DNA of 63,553 bases, the filler included, from Intoshia linei (lineage: Eukaryota; Animalia; Orthonectida): assembly GCA_001642005.1 (NCBI GenBank). It is 8 parts of 8 records of this genome, joined end to end, with 100 filler letters (N's around TTAATTAATTAA, not from the genome) between each part and the next. Parts side by side here need not be neighbours in the genome. Positions count along the whole stretch, not along the records: positions 1 to 25,991 come from LWCA01000485.1; positions 26,092 to 37,518 come from LWCA01001172.1; 6 more parts are not named here. One strand, given 5' to 3'. Position 1 is the stretch's first letter. Each line of letters begins with the position of its first letter. The translations under genes were made by a program, and so were the position numbers. The notes under the pieces were generated by a model. It did not search any database. It was not told the origin of the DNA and worked only from the letters and a program-made list of their open reading frames with translations. Below, piece after piece: positions 15,001 to 28,189 of the stretch.

Positions 15001-16839
15001 AAATTTATTTTATTCTCCTCGATAAAATCTGACTTTAAATTTATTTTTGTTAAAATTCTAGGACTCTTATTTAATAAAATCAAGGTAATATACAGACAAA
15101 AAAGTTTTATATAATCTAGGATTTTTAGGGTAATTTTTTTTAAACTTCACATTTAAAATAACCTGTCCTAATTTCCATTGGTGTTCAAAACAATATGTTG
15201 ATTACAAAACTTTAAGCTATTTAATGGTATATGTTCAGGGGCTGATCCAAGAGGCTAGTTAATGGGGTTAGAGCGAAGCGAGCAATATATTTAACTTCGC
15301 CGAAGCCGCAAAAAATTTTAGAGGTGTCTCTTTTAATTTCATTTAAAGGTTTTTATACAATAGTTTCCAAATTTGTATTTTTCCACAAAAATAAAAAAAA
15401 TGATACACACAAAAAAAAAAAGAAATTAATTTTGTTCATTAAATAATCCTAATAATAAAATTATAGTCATAGTGGCAATTCATGAGAGCCAGTCCACATA
15501 GACGTACATAGTCATTGTTGATCTTAAAAAGGTTTTCAATCTTCTCAAAATACTAATGGAGCGTTGACATTCACATGTGGTGACTGGCATAGTTATCAAA
15601 ATAATTAAGAGTTGATGAATATTTGGAAATAAATTAGAATTGCAGCTTTCAATTAATTCTATGAGTGGTGTTTGAATCATCTTTTTTTCTCTTTTCTTCC
15701 TTCTAGTATATTCTGCTTTGAGATCTTCATCTAATGATATGCATGGTAAAAATAATTCATATTTTTCTGCTAAATCTTTTCAAACCTTCAAAATGACTCG
15801 TTTTGAAATAATTAATAAGAAAATTTTTTTTTAAATTTAGGGGTGCAACTGCACCTTATGCACTCCCTTGAATCCACCCCTGATGTTCCAGTAGATCTTT
15901 GGAAAAAAGTTTGATTTTGTTGTGATAATAGTGTTATAGTAATAAAGTTTATTTTTCAAAAAATTAATACAATCCATTTATTTAATTTTTATTGTCTATT
16001 TCATGACCATGTCTATTTTACCAAGTATAAAACATACAGGTAGGTAACCATACGTACATTTAAAAATTCTCAATAATATATGATATAATTGATAAATGTC
16101 TATATAACATATAGTATGCATAACGACTGCGAATAGTACTCAACTAATTTCAAGTGTATTGTATACAAATAATCAAAAGTACCTAAGTAAAATTATCCTT
16201 AAAAATAAAATTATTATAATAATTAATTTGCCTATAAACTCGTATTCAACTATATTAACATTAACCATGCGTAAAATTAATTATTAGAACAATAAATATA
16301 CAATACAAAAGTGACAATATACATTTCAGCAATAAAAAAAAATTATTTATTATGCATGTATAGTACGTTTCTTAAAGATTCTAATAATAGATATTTAAGA
16401 CTCATAAAAAAAAACATTAGTCTTAACCAAAATATTTTACTGGCTATCTACCATTTAACATACAATAATAATGTATAAAAAATTCGAATTTTCTATATTA
16501 TCGTATCGTATTCTCGTATATTATCAAATCATTGTCAAATGAATGTTTGACGCACTATTAATTGAAAAATACCATAAAACCAAAATATTAACATATTATC
16601 AATAAAAAAATTAATATAGTCTTAGTACTTATACTTACACTACTACTTAGTACTTACTTGGTTAGTACTTGCAGAATTTATCAATAAAATTATATAAAAA
16701 TTTATAAAATAAAATTATCAAAAATACCCGCTAAAATATATAAAATAATAATACATTTAAATTTAGAATAAACCTGCCGATGTAGAATACTTTTTTTTAT
16801 TATGTTATAATAATCATGCAAATCATCAATATCAAACAT
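1..16839 (-). CDS. PHKA: Phosphorylase b kinase regulatory subunit alpha, multi-exon; 3' end runs off the window start
   Basis: Spliced minus-strand exons: 16774-16839 [22 protein letters not shown]; 14230-14394 [35 protein letters not shown]; ~14015-14116 [23 protein letters not shown]; ~13815-13932 [35 protein letters not shown]; ~12813-12897 [23 protein letters not shown]; ~12395-12474 [19 protein letters not shown]; ~8550-8600 [18 protein letters not shown]; ~8343-8492 [11 protein letters not shown]; ~6730-6914 [18 protein letters not shown]; ~5490-5600 [20 protein letters not shown]; ~1440-1567 [10 protein letters not shown]; ~942-1150 SAGILNMQ. Motifs are colinear with PHKA1/2. Exons between ~2400-5250 and below ~940 are not fully resolved. 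Confidence 0.93.
3478..3860. repeat. AT-rich (TAT)n/(ATA)n region with a ~75 bp direct duplication and an internal inverted repeat
   Basis: acaatacatgaata...aaaatatacatta occurs at ~3478-3553 and ~3645-3722. attatatattattgttattattatacatta (~3744-3773) is the reverse complement of taatgtataataataacaataatatataat (3821-3850). Confidence 0.75.
4048..4448. mobile_element. Non-autonomous TIR element (hAT-like MITE)
   Basis: 12-bp terminal inverted repeat TAGAGCCATTCA ... TGAATGGCTCTA; no convincing TSD. Confidence 0.55.
6071..6230 (+). mobile_element. Tc1/mariner-like non-autonomous element end
   Basis: tactaaggtgtctcaaaaaa... aligns over ~160 bp with the reverse complement of 62660-62822, which ends ...gagacaccttactgTA. 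Confidence 0.55.
7016..7422. mobile_element. hAT (Buster-type) MITE in a PHKA intron
   Basis: Termini CAGCGATTCCCAAC ... AATAACCGCTG; 8-bp TSD ccatagat/ccatagac (NNNTANNN pattern). It appears nested in an older element starting caatggttccc at ~6981. Confidence 0.8.
7640..7980 (+). repeat. Degenerate ~30-bp minisatellite inside a repeat family
   Basis: Recurrent aattttaccaaccc(t)taagggaaaaat-like units; reverse-orientation relative at 17325-17495. Confidence 0.6.
9503..10800. mobile_element. hAT (hATm-like, TAGGG termini) non-autonomous element, 1298 bp
   Basis: TIR TAGGGCTGTTC / GAACAGCCCTA with perfect 8-bp TSD atgtatat. Its 3' half aligns with ~59040-59560. Confidence 0.88.
11097..12202. 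mobile_element. ACTAG...CTAGT-terminated non-autonomous element (Helitron/Helentron-like) with nested hAT MITE
   Basis: Removing the MITE at 11108-11842 restores actagctagaattttatgtacttcgcac...; right end agagctaagtacggtttgtacgaagtacataacgtcaagCTAGT; subterminal inverted repeats. The body aligns with 28923-29195 and, inverted, with 36385-36673. Confidence 0.65.
11108..11842. mobile_element. hAT (Buster-type) MITE
   Basis: Termini CAGTTTTCCCAAAC ... TTTGGGAACCACTG, repeated internal GGACCAC motifs, TSD agctagac/agctagaa. Confidence 0.85.
15236..15882 (-). mobile_element. Internally deleted hAT element carrying a transposase C-terminal dimerisation fragment
   Basis: TIR CAGGGGCTGATCCAAG / CTTGAATCCACCCCTG. 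ORF 15480-15680 [40 protein letters not shown] matches the hATC consensus. Confidence 0.85.
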
Positions 16840-17269
16840 TTTATTGATAAATCAAAATTTTTTAATAAAGTTTTCTAAATGTTTTGACAACATCTACTAC
16901 ATTTACAAAAATATCAATTTTTTTCATTTGAGTTGTTTTAACTCTTTGGCGTAATTTACATGTATACAAATAAAAATGAGACCATTAAAAACTTGAAATG
17001 TTTCTATACGTGTAAAAAATGAAGCTCTCTAAATTTTATTTTTGTGAATGCGTACAAATAAGAGGCGGTACAAACATTATAAATGAACTGATTATTTGTA
17101 TAGAATGTTACGTGAAATTTGACATTTTGATCTTATATAACAATTATAATTGTTACTAAATGTTATATAGGGCCTAAAATTAACATTTAAAAAATGTGAC
17201 ACTTTAATTTATTTTATACTTTTCAAGTATCCGATACTAAATTTAATTGTGTAATTGGCTTTAATTTTG

Positions 17270-17495
17270 TCACTTCGTGGTCGTGGGCTAAGCTCTGGGC
17301 CGGAACCCCTCTAAAATTTCGATTAAATTTTCCATTAAAGGTTGGTAAAAGTGGGTTTTCCCATAAGGGTTGGTAAAATTGGAATTTTTCCTTAGGGGTT
17401 TATAAAAGTGGATTTTTCCCTTAAAGGTTGGTAAAATTGGGATTTTTTCCTTAAAGGTTTGTAAATTTTTATTTTTAATAAAAATGGTTGGGTTT
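17270..17495 (+). repeat. TE end followed by a ~29-30 bp tandem minisatellite
   Basis: Repeated ttttcc(c)ttaa(a/g)ggttggtaaaa(g/t)tgg units. The leading cacttcgtggtc(g/c)tgggctaagc also occurs at ~52425. Confidence 0.7.
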
Positions 17496-18396
17496 AAGAA
17501 TATTCTCATTAATTATAATCAACCCAATACATGGTCGTTTAAATTTATATATTTTATATTCATTTATTTTATAAATCAAGCAGTCTGGGACATTATGTCC
17601 CTAGGACATTTTGTCCACACACCGTTATCATTCCATATGCACAATACAACATTATCCAAGCGTTCATTTGCCTTTATAATGGTTTATTAAAATAATAGTA
17701 GAGTAACTATATTGGTAGGGTTAATAGGTCCTGTGTACTACCCACCATTCAAAATCTTATCAACTTATCCACTGAATGAATTGTATGCGCACCAACAAGC
17801 CGAGGTAAACTTGTACTTGATAATAAAACATTTGAATCAATTATGTTTACACTTGTATATGCAGATACTTATTTTAACGTAATTAAAAAATGGATACATC
17901 ATGTTTATTGTCAGTATATTAGTGATAAAATTATAATCTTTTGGTTGGTATTGTCATAGATTTATAAGATTGAAAACTATTGATTTTTATCAATCGATGA
18001 ATTGTTGAATCAATTAATCTATCTTAAATGGCAAAATTTTCCTAACGTGCACTTGATAAACTAGAAAAATTTAAATTAAATTTCAAAAGTAGGGTAAGTT
18101 GTGCCAACATTTTTACATGCATTAAGTTGCAAAAATTTAAAAGCAAGATAAACATTTACATATCTGGGTTATGTTGATTAGATTTGCATACATTGTGTTT
18201 TAACAATATATTGATATTTGTAGTTAAATTAATTTAAATTGATATGTATACGAACTTGCAACGCATTTGTTAATGCCTGGTCCATTGAATTTAATCTCGT
18301 AACACTGTGTTCTATTCATTACTTATAATACTGCACTCAGTCCTATATATTATTGTTTCAGTATACTTCATTTCCGCATTTGTATCATATCATATC

Positions 18397-21300
18397 ATGA
18401 GTCGTTTTTTGGCGACCGCCGTGAATCTCCTAAAAATAAAGAGTTTACCTACGGACCCAGAAGTTAATTCTGATTGTTCCAATTATAAAACTGTTGACTT
18501 ATCAAGCAAAAAATCTGATAAATGGTGGAGGTTATTTGTTTTATTATTTAAATTTAAAATGATACATTAAAATGTACTTGAAATTAGATACGAAAGTTTC
18601 TAACCAATTAAAGGAAATGATAAAAACTGACATTTAAATATTATCTAATTAAATTCAAATCTCGAACAGACAACTCGATTAATTTGACCATTTTCGCTGC
18701 TCCAAATCTGTCTATTCCTTTTTATTTATTATAAACTTGATGAATTTAAAAATGACTTTTTCATAAGCAAATTCACATTTTTCAAAAATTTAAACTTTAT
18801 TGTATTGTTTACATGAAATTTTTTTATTCTTTTTGTTATTGCATAAATTGTGTATTTCAACAATCAGTAAAATAAACTAATGTGCCATTGATTGCAATAA
18901 TTTTTATTTTGTTCAATTAAAATGGATAAAATTCCAGAATATCTACGATACGGATTAGATTGGTTTGTTAGGTTTTGATTTAATTATTATTATGATAAAT
19001 GTGTTACATTAACAAACAAAATTTCGATTCCATTTAGTATCATTTGAAATTTGTTTGCCATTCTTGAAATATATCAATGTTTATTTTGTTATGTTAATAT
19101 TTTACCCATAAACTATTTGTGGCATTAAATTTACATGAAACGTTATTTTATCAAGTATGTACGATTCATTTACCATTTTTATTTTACATTTAGTCGCAAT
19201 AAAAGGAAAGAAAAGGATTTAAAGTTTTTACCAGTCAGTAATTTAAATGAAGAATCCGTGCAACCTGCCTTTTTAACTCAAACATTGACTAGTCGGCAAC
19301 TTAAAAATGTCAACTTTATTGATATAATTGTATCTCCCAATATTGATGAAAAGGAATGGATTCTTTCTAATCGTAATTTATATTAATTATAGAGTGTAAT
19401 TAATTTTTTAATATCGCTATAGATTTGAAATTTATAATTTTTATAGCCTTTTTATAGTGTATTTTATAAAAAATATACCGCTGTTTCTTTTGTATATTAT
19501 TATATGAAAATTTTATGTAGTCATGTGTTTTTTAGTTGATTCATTTTTATAAAATTTTTAAAAGCTTTTTTATTTTTTAGTTGTGGCTTTTGTTGGACTA
19601 ATGGATTCCGTTTACGAATGTTTTGATTCTTATTGTACTGATTCTTTATGCTCCAAATTAGAATTGCCTGTTCCAATGTGATTTTTTGTTATGTGTTATT
19701 TTAAATTGATTTATATGATGTATTATTGTAATTTTTTGTATGTCTTTTTTCGAATGCACTTTTTTTTGATAAATATCGTGTTGCCATTTCATTTAATATT
19801 CATATTCAATAATATACATACATAATTGAATTTCTGTGATGTGTGAGTATTATTGAATTTTGATAATGCACCAATCATTATTATTAACATTCTAAAGGTT
19901 ACAAATAACTGGAACGTTCATGGACCCAGATTTTGGTTAGTTAATAAAAGGCATCAATTGCTGAAATTATATGACAAAGTTATTAATTAATTTTTATTTT
20001 TAATTGTAAAAGATGTAAATTGGTTAGAATTACATTGTAAATTCATAAGATTGTATGTGGTAATTTAAAAAAATTATATTTTTGAATATCAGCAGGGGTT
20101 TTCAACCTTTTTGTTTTCGTGACCCCGTTTGAAAAATACTGATATACAGGTTATTTTGTATATTTGGACAAAATCTAATGTTTATTTTTCAGTTTTTTAA
20201 AAATTATTATTTTTAGGTATAATTGTATTAACCAGGGATGCCCAACCTGTCGATCGCTAAAATTAAAAATTATTTTATTTTAATAATACTCGTTATTAAA
20301 ATGATATATATTTTAATATTGTTAAAATTTGTACACATTTCAATAAATGCGATGTAACTTGTTTAAATCGTTATCTAATAAATAATTGAGTCCATTATTT
20401 CTTAAACTAAGTTTTGCCGATAATTTTCATTTATACAGCGAAATTGCTTGGAATTATTCCGAATTTTAATTTTTGTTTTCTACAATGACACTAAAAATAT
20501 TTAGTTAAACAATTTTTATTAGATTCTGCAAGGCTATTTTTTTGAAATAGGTTCCGATCAGAAACATTTTTCTAGCCAATGTATTAGTCGATTGCATCAA
20601 AAAAAGATTGGCACCCCTAATATAAACAATAATTATTGTTACTTTAATTGTAGTCTAAATTTACAGTCTAAAATTTAAGAGATTCAAATTTCTAATGCAG
20701 TGTTTCAATAGTGATGCATTATAGGAAATTTCATTTTCCAAAATGGAGTCCTTCAGGGTCAAAAACCAAATTTCCCCTTTTTTTAAATTAAATTAATTTT
20801 CTTTTAATATTAATATTTAATTAATATTAAATTATTATTAGTATAATGTTAATTAATAATAATGTATCATTTATATTAAAAAATTTAGGAAAATGTATTG
20901 GCCTAATGTGAATGACAATAGTAAGATTAGAACCACGTCTCCCAGATATATCGAGTATTTACTCTCATTTTGTTTTAGACTTATTGACGACAATAAGTGT
21001 TTTCCAGTAAGTTTATTTTTTATTATAATTTATAAATGACAAATTATTATTATTTTTGTATAATTAGTCATTAATTATATACTATATGCGCATTCACGTT
21101 CGTTAATCAACCGTTTTAATGAGTTTGGTACATTTCAACTTGATCAATAAATTTAAAATGTCAATTATAAACATATTTTCCAATATATTTTTTATAGTTA
21201 TTTGTTGATAGTCATTTTATTTTTATTTTTCTAATTTAAATATTTTCTTTCATTTTATCTTTTATTAAATGTAACAATTATATTTTATTTTTTTCGTGTT

Positions 21301-21839
21301 GAATAGTGTTAAAAAATGGAGTTGAAAATACCGCTTAAATTAAATTACTATTTTAGACAGTATTTGGACAACCGTTTCCTGTTGATACGTTTGATTTAAA
21401 TGTTAAAAAAATAGCCAAATGCTTAATTACAATAGTTGCTCATATCTATCATTCCCATTTATATGATTTAACAAACATTGATATGCTTTCGTATGTAAAT
21501 ACGTTTACTCTTCACATGTTTTTATTTTATGAACATTATAAATTATTTACATTCGATGAAGAGAGTGGTATGAAGGAGCTGTTGGGTCGGTTAAAATCTG
21601 CCCAAGTTGAAAATTCCGAATATGATGAAATTATACCAATAAACCAAAACGACGACGTCATTATGACGGATTCAACCTGTAAAATTCCCCAAGAAAATTC
21701 AAATACTTCAAAAACCAGTGTTCATAGCCAAAAAATTGGTTCAATTTTTTCATCTTCTAAACTATATACCAAATCTTCTACCAGCAAATTTAAATATAAT
21801 GTGCCTGATTTGTCTAAATCAGATACACCAAAGATTTAA
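18397..21839 (+). CDS. MOB2: MOB kinase activator 2-like protein
   Basis: Exons 19194-19372 (SRNKRKEKD...PNIDEKEWILSN), 19581-19677 (YECFDSYCTDSLCSKL), 20889-21006 (YWP...TSPRYIEYLLSFCFRLIDDNKCFP) and 21357-21839 (TVFGQPFP..FDLNVKKIAKCLITIVAHIYHSHL...VNTFTLHMFLF). They splice in frame and include the MOB Cys2/His2 zinc ligands. The first exon is ambiguous (see findings). Confidence 0.88.
20233..20619. mobile_element. hAT MITE in a MOB2 intron
   Basis: Termini CAGGGATGCCCAACC ... GATTGGCACCCCTA; degenerate TSD gtattaac/atataaac. Confidence 0.65.
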
Positions 21840-22259
21840 ATGATTGCATATATCTGTATATTAAAATTTAATTATATATTTTACTAATTCTTCAATCTGA
21901 TTAGTTAAATTTTATGAGTATGGTACTCGTGATCGTCTAGAGTAGGTACGGGGGAAGAGTTTAGTTTTCAGAAATGATTAATTAAAATTCGCATTCTAGT
22001 AAACATCGATCCATAATTTAAGTCTGTGATTCTCAAATTTTTATACCACAGAATGCACTTACATAAATTAAAAATTTTTGAAAAATTACTAAACATACAT
22101 TAATATATAATAAAATTTCAAAAAAGGACAATTTAGCTTTTTGACCAGTAAGATTTGAGTTTGGGAGGTTGCAATTTATTTTGCTAATTTTAATCGACCA
22201 GATTTTTTTCATAAGATTTCGTAAAATCGGATTTTTGAAAAGAATATCGGTGAAAGACA

Positions 22260-22512
22260 ATTTTTCCATTAAGTTTTGAAATGGTATTTTTGATTAAATT
22301 TTATTAGTGGTGGGATTTTTGAAATGGTAAATTTTAAATATTATAATATAATCATATTTTCATAGTAGTAACAAACATAAATCAAATACAGGTTTGTCTT
22401 ATTTTTTTCGGGAAATCCCTGGAAATTGTAAAAATACCGGGAAATTTAATGTCCCAAATTATTAAATATCCCGGAAATTTTGTCCCGGTTTTTTTCACCG
22501 GAACAATCACTA
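22260..22512. mobile_element. Right end of the hAT family also found at 35726-36380
   Basis: Over 200 bp are highly similar to ~36180-36380, ending ccggaacaatcacta. Confidence 0.75.
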
Positions 22513-23127
22513 GTTCCTAACTGAAACAACTTCACAACCCACTTTTTATTTAAAGTTAGAAAAATATATTTTTATTAACAAATAACAAATTGTAAATACA
22601 TGTAGGTTTGAATGTTCCTTTTTAAAATAATGTATTTCTAAAAAAATAATGAAATGTATATAAATGTAATATAAATATGTAAAAGTCGTAACCGACCTCT
22701 TGGGAACCGCTGGTTTAACGCTTTCCTACATATAGCAGGATATTAGTCTTTCATTGAAATCCAAAAGTTTCAAAGAGACAAGTCTATAAAATTAATTCTT
22801 AGACCATGATCAGTTGATATTATTGATAATTCCTCATCTTTTATTAAATTTAATAGTTTTTCACTTTAAGTATATACGAATCCCATCATCATTCTTCAAC
22901 ATTCAAGGATGGGAAATATGTATAAAATAAAATTTATTTTAGATGTCTCAACGCGCACTTGGCTTTTCTTAGAGCGCGCTGGCGCAGCTATTGAGAATCA
23001 CTGACCTGAGTTGTAAAGACCAAAAATATCTTTACCATTTGTTAAAACTTATATTATTTATATTATTTGTTATTATATAACTTGTAAAAACCAGGTAAAA
23101 ATTGAAAAATTAGTCAATTATCTATAT

Positions 23128-23190
23128 TTAAGTTCTGCAACACGAACTTCGGCTTGTGCTTCACGTGTTTCAGACAGTTGCAGAACTCTA
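23128..23190. repeat. Tiny hairpin/MITE
   Basis: agttctgcaac (23131-23141) ... gttgcagaact (23177-23187). The same head agttctgcaacacga recurs at ~56907. Confidence 0.5.
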
Positions 23191-24004
23191 ATATACAACA
23201 ATGGTTCTTAACATATTTCAAGAATTCCCATGAAACGAATAATTTATATATTGTCTTAACCAACATTATATTGTATAGTGTACATTACAAAAGTGTGACA
23301 CCTAGATCATTGGTTTTTATCTTTTAAATTTGTGCATCCTTCTGATTTTTTTTTCAAGTCAAATCTCAATACATAATGTAATTATAACACATACAATATT
23401 AGAAAAAAGTATTTTATTTGAATTAGTTTGATTTACAACAATTTACATGAATATCCCTGACATTAAAAAATTACATCTAAAGTTCTCATTTACAATAATA
23501 TAATTTAAATAGAAAATAAAATTAAAAAATATATACTTGACATATCACAATTGTACTTAATACAGCAGCTCTCACGGTTTTTAACAGTTTAAATAGTTAT
23601 GATATTAAAAAATAAAATTATCTTAAATGTTCATTGAGGTCCCTATATTAAAAAACTTCCTTTACCCTAAGAGGGTCAAGGATAAGATACCTTCGACTCT
23701 GCACAAAAAGTGTATAATAATATTAATTTTTCTTGTTTAAATTGGATAAGGCTGCCCGTGTATCCAGCTGCAAATCAGTATCGAATGCAAACTATTAATT
23801 GAAACTCGTCAAGGTTAACAAAATTGATATTAAAATGTTCTAACTATACCAAGTGATTTGATAATGCTGGTTACAAATTGTAAATGTACTCAATAAAATG
23901 TAAATGTTCTACAAACAAAATTTAAATTTGGGTAACCTAAAAATATAAACTTAAATATTTAAACTCGTTTGTTGTACAACACTACATTTGTATTTAAAAT
24001 CAAA

Positions 24005-25185
<1,181 letters not shown>

Positions 25186-25991
25186 GTAATTTTAACTACA
25201 ATATAATTATATTTATTTAAATTTCAAAAAAAATATAATGTAGTGATATATCGCTATCATACTAATCGAGATTCGAATATACACTTTTGATATAACTCAT
25301 TTATGATGTCAAACTGGCAGAGTGGTTATAGTCATATAATTGTTTTATAAAAACATAAATTAATTTTTACGCTCAAATTTTTTTTACGACTACACAAAAT
25401 GATATTTTCTACTACACAATTTACATTTACAATTACACACTTAAATAACCTCTGCTGGTTAACATGAACATTAGGATTTTAATGTTTATTTCAAAAAAAT
25501 TTACGGCCAATAGTAGAAACAGGCAATAATAGAGTCTTTATATGAAAAATGGTAAAAATAAATTTTTTTTGAGTAAATAATGGCATCAGCTAATAGTGGA
25601 GGTTCCACTGTATGAATTATTTTAATTAATCTTCAACGTACAATAAATATTCTAGTAAATTTCTACAAGCTATACCGAATTAGCTGACTTGAATAGGTTA
25701 CATAAAATCTTTATACAATTTTAATTAACGAACGATTAAATTGTTCCAAATATAATTTGACCATAAAATGTAATGTAATATCATTGAAATGAAGAGAAAA
25801 TATAAATATTGATGTAAATTTTTTAGAAAAAAGTAGAAGAATTCGGTATGGCAAAGGAGAATATGTTTGTTATGTGGGACGTAAGTTTTTTTATATGGTA
25901 ACGTATTTATATGGTACATATTTATTTATTTACATACTATTAGGTCGTTTCATAAGTAATGTCGTTTTTTTAACAAAATTAAAAAGTATAT

Positions 25992-26091
25992 NNNNNNNNN
26001 NNNNNNNNNNNNNNNNNNNNNNNNNNNNNNNNNNNTTAATTAATTAANNNNNNNNNNNNNNNNNNNNNNNNNNNNNNNNNNNNNNNNNNNN
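25992..26091. other. Artificial contig linker (44N-TTAATTAATTAA-44N)
   Basis: An identical 100-nt structure with stops in all six frames also occurs at 37519-37618, 52611-52710, 57350-57449, 59777-59876, 61006-61105 and 62308-62407. Confidence 0.97.
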
Positions 26092-26167
26092 TTTTTTGGT
26101 ATAATAAAAATGTGCCCTCGGCAGATCTAGGTGCTGTTTGTACGTAGTACAAAACAGTCAAGCTAGT
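26092..26167 (-). mobile_element. End of CTAG-family element
   Basis: 26092-26151 is the exact reverse complement of 28937-28996; ends gtacgtagtacaaaacagtcaagCTAGT. Confidence 0.75.
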
Positions 26168-26389
26168 AATACTATAAAATAGATGGCAAATTTTTAAATT
26201 AAATTATAGTAAAATAAGCAAATACAATGTACTTTTTTTATAAATAACTATCAAAATGTGGAGAGTTGTCATAATTGATAATAAGTTTCAATCAGCGCGA
26301 TTCTATAAAAAAAGATAAGGTGGTTATTTGAATGATAATTTGTCTGAACTTTGTCAATCATGAACTTTTAGCATGGATAATCATTTACA

Positions 26390-26790
26390 TATAAGTGGTT
26401 TGGGTTTCAAGAATCCAATTTGTTCATTCCAATAAAACTTATTATCCGTGACGAATAGAAAATCGTATAAAAAAAGATTTCTTTTCCTGCTTATTATCAT
26501 TCTTTCGTTTTTTTAAAAATGTTGACTTCATTTAATCTCAAAGAACCTTGTAAACATTTCCCCTTTACTGGTCCAGTGAATATGGTACAAATCTATAGCG
26601 TGTTTAAAATTAATACTCCATGGACCCTCTTTTTCAAAAATAATAATCATAATAATTTTGGAAGTATATTGTACTTTTGATCAATAATAAGCTTCATACC
26701 AATAACGGTCTTGCCAATTAATACACTTAACGATTTAATTTTGCCATATTTCATAGCTTAGTCTGGGTTAATCAATATTTCCATTTTGGT
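26390..26790 (-). pseudogene. Highly decayed hAT (Buster/SPIN-like) transposase remnant
   Basis: Minus-strand reading IDLYHIHWTSKGEMFTRFFEIK resembles LLYHxxVRWLSRGxxLxRFFEL; multiple stops. Confidence 0.4.
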
Positions 26791-27050
26791 TTACCCTTAA
26801 AAATCAAAATCCATGACTTTATATCTATTTTATACTTGCCATTTTTCAATTTTTTCAAATAGTCCATATAAAGTTTGTTTGTATAGTTTGTTAAAATATG
26901 TTAACAATAATAATAATTACATCATGATATCATCTGTATTATTTACTTTTCAATATGATTACATTGAGAAAAAATGGGTTCATTTCCATATAATTAGTAC
27001 AATAGTGTAATTATTTTAAATTTAAGTGTACATTGATTAATATTTAACAG

Positions 27051-28189
27051 ACTACTGATTATTGTGGTGAATGTGTGGCTGCGTTGGATTACATTAAATT
27101 GGAAAGTGATCACATTAAGGTACGTGCATATTTACTTAAATTATATATTGAAATGAATTTATTATTAGAATGAAATTGTCAAAGTGTTGGATGAAAAAAT
27201 TTGCAAAAATTCGATTAATGAATCTTATGTGAGATTCCATTTAATAGATTTACAGTAGATAACTGATTGTGTGGTTTATAAAGTTGTAAATTTCTATAAA
27301 ATATGCGTTTAATTCATCTATCTGAAAATCTTTAGTTTTTGATAAATTTCGAAAGACAGGTATCCATAAATTTTTGGAAAACTTTTAATTCTTAAACCGT
27401 GAAAATCAAAGATTCTTATCCGTTATGTGACACTTTTCAATTTTTCTAATGTTTTAGCAAAACATGTACAATGTACAAGTAGCTGCTGAATTTTGAGTTG
27501 AGTTAAACACTGATCAGTTAACGATGTTAAATTGTTGTAATAATTATTTTATTTAAAAAAATAGTGCAAAATGTTTATCAGTTACATTTCAACCATGGTT
27601 GAATCCTATCTCAAAGTGATGGTAATTTTTATTATAATTTTTCTATCAAATATTAGGAACCCAATCAAGTGTGTACAGAAATTGGCTTTTGCGGAGAAAT
27701 GAATAAAGTAATTTTTCGTATAAAAATGTTGACGTTTTTTAGTTAATGTTTAATCAACTAAAAATGAATCACGAGGCGATCACGGCTTACAAAACAAGTA
27801 AAAACATTTAATATTAAATTATTCCATTTTCACGTTTATAATAAACATTAGAAAAACTATCCAATTACACTCAATCCCTGTTTAAAAATTTATTAATCAT
27901 GTTGGGATGTGAAAATCCGGCCAAGGTACGATTATTATTTATTTAAATAAATTTGTACAGTGCAATTTACGAGACAAGGATGCTGCGAAAATTATCGCAA
28001 CAATTCAAAATATGGTAAGACTATTTTTATATTTTTAATAATTACTAATTATTGAAGGTTGAAAAAGGAATGTATAACGTACTAAACGGTTCAACTGTAA
28101 ACGATAGAGCCAAACAGATGAAGGAGGTATATATAGCTATTTTTGGGTTATCAACGTTTATCTATTTCTAGACTCTAAACTCAAATTAA
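27051..28189 (+). CDS. Saposin B-domain protein with a non-saposin C-terminal tail; 5' exon(s) not identified
   Basis: Phase-consistent exons: TTDYCGECVAALDYIKLESDHIK / NEIVKVLDEKICKNSINESY / CKMFISYISTMVESYLKVM / EPNQVCTEIGFCGEMNK (all six saposin Cys, with the P..VC...G.C signature), then LMFNQLKM... / ...LGCENPAK / CNLRDKD... / VEKGMY... / TLNSN*. Confidence 0.8.

Noticed and set aside
17325-17495. ~30-bp repeats as a CRISPR-like array (and ORF 17288-17509)
   Set aside because: Units are contiguous and degenerate with no unique spacers, the context is eukaryotic, and they belong to a TE-internal minisatellite.
19898-19935. AG..GT-bounded 38-nt segment in a MOB2 intron as an extra exon
   Set aside because: It would frameshift into a stop, and the flanking exons already join in frame; no evidence for a poison exon.
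26036-26047. Recurrent TTAATTAATTAA palindrome as a biological motif or repeat array
   Set aside because: Always centred in exactly 44+44 N; it is a six-frame-stop assembly linker.
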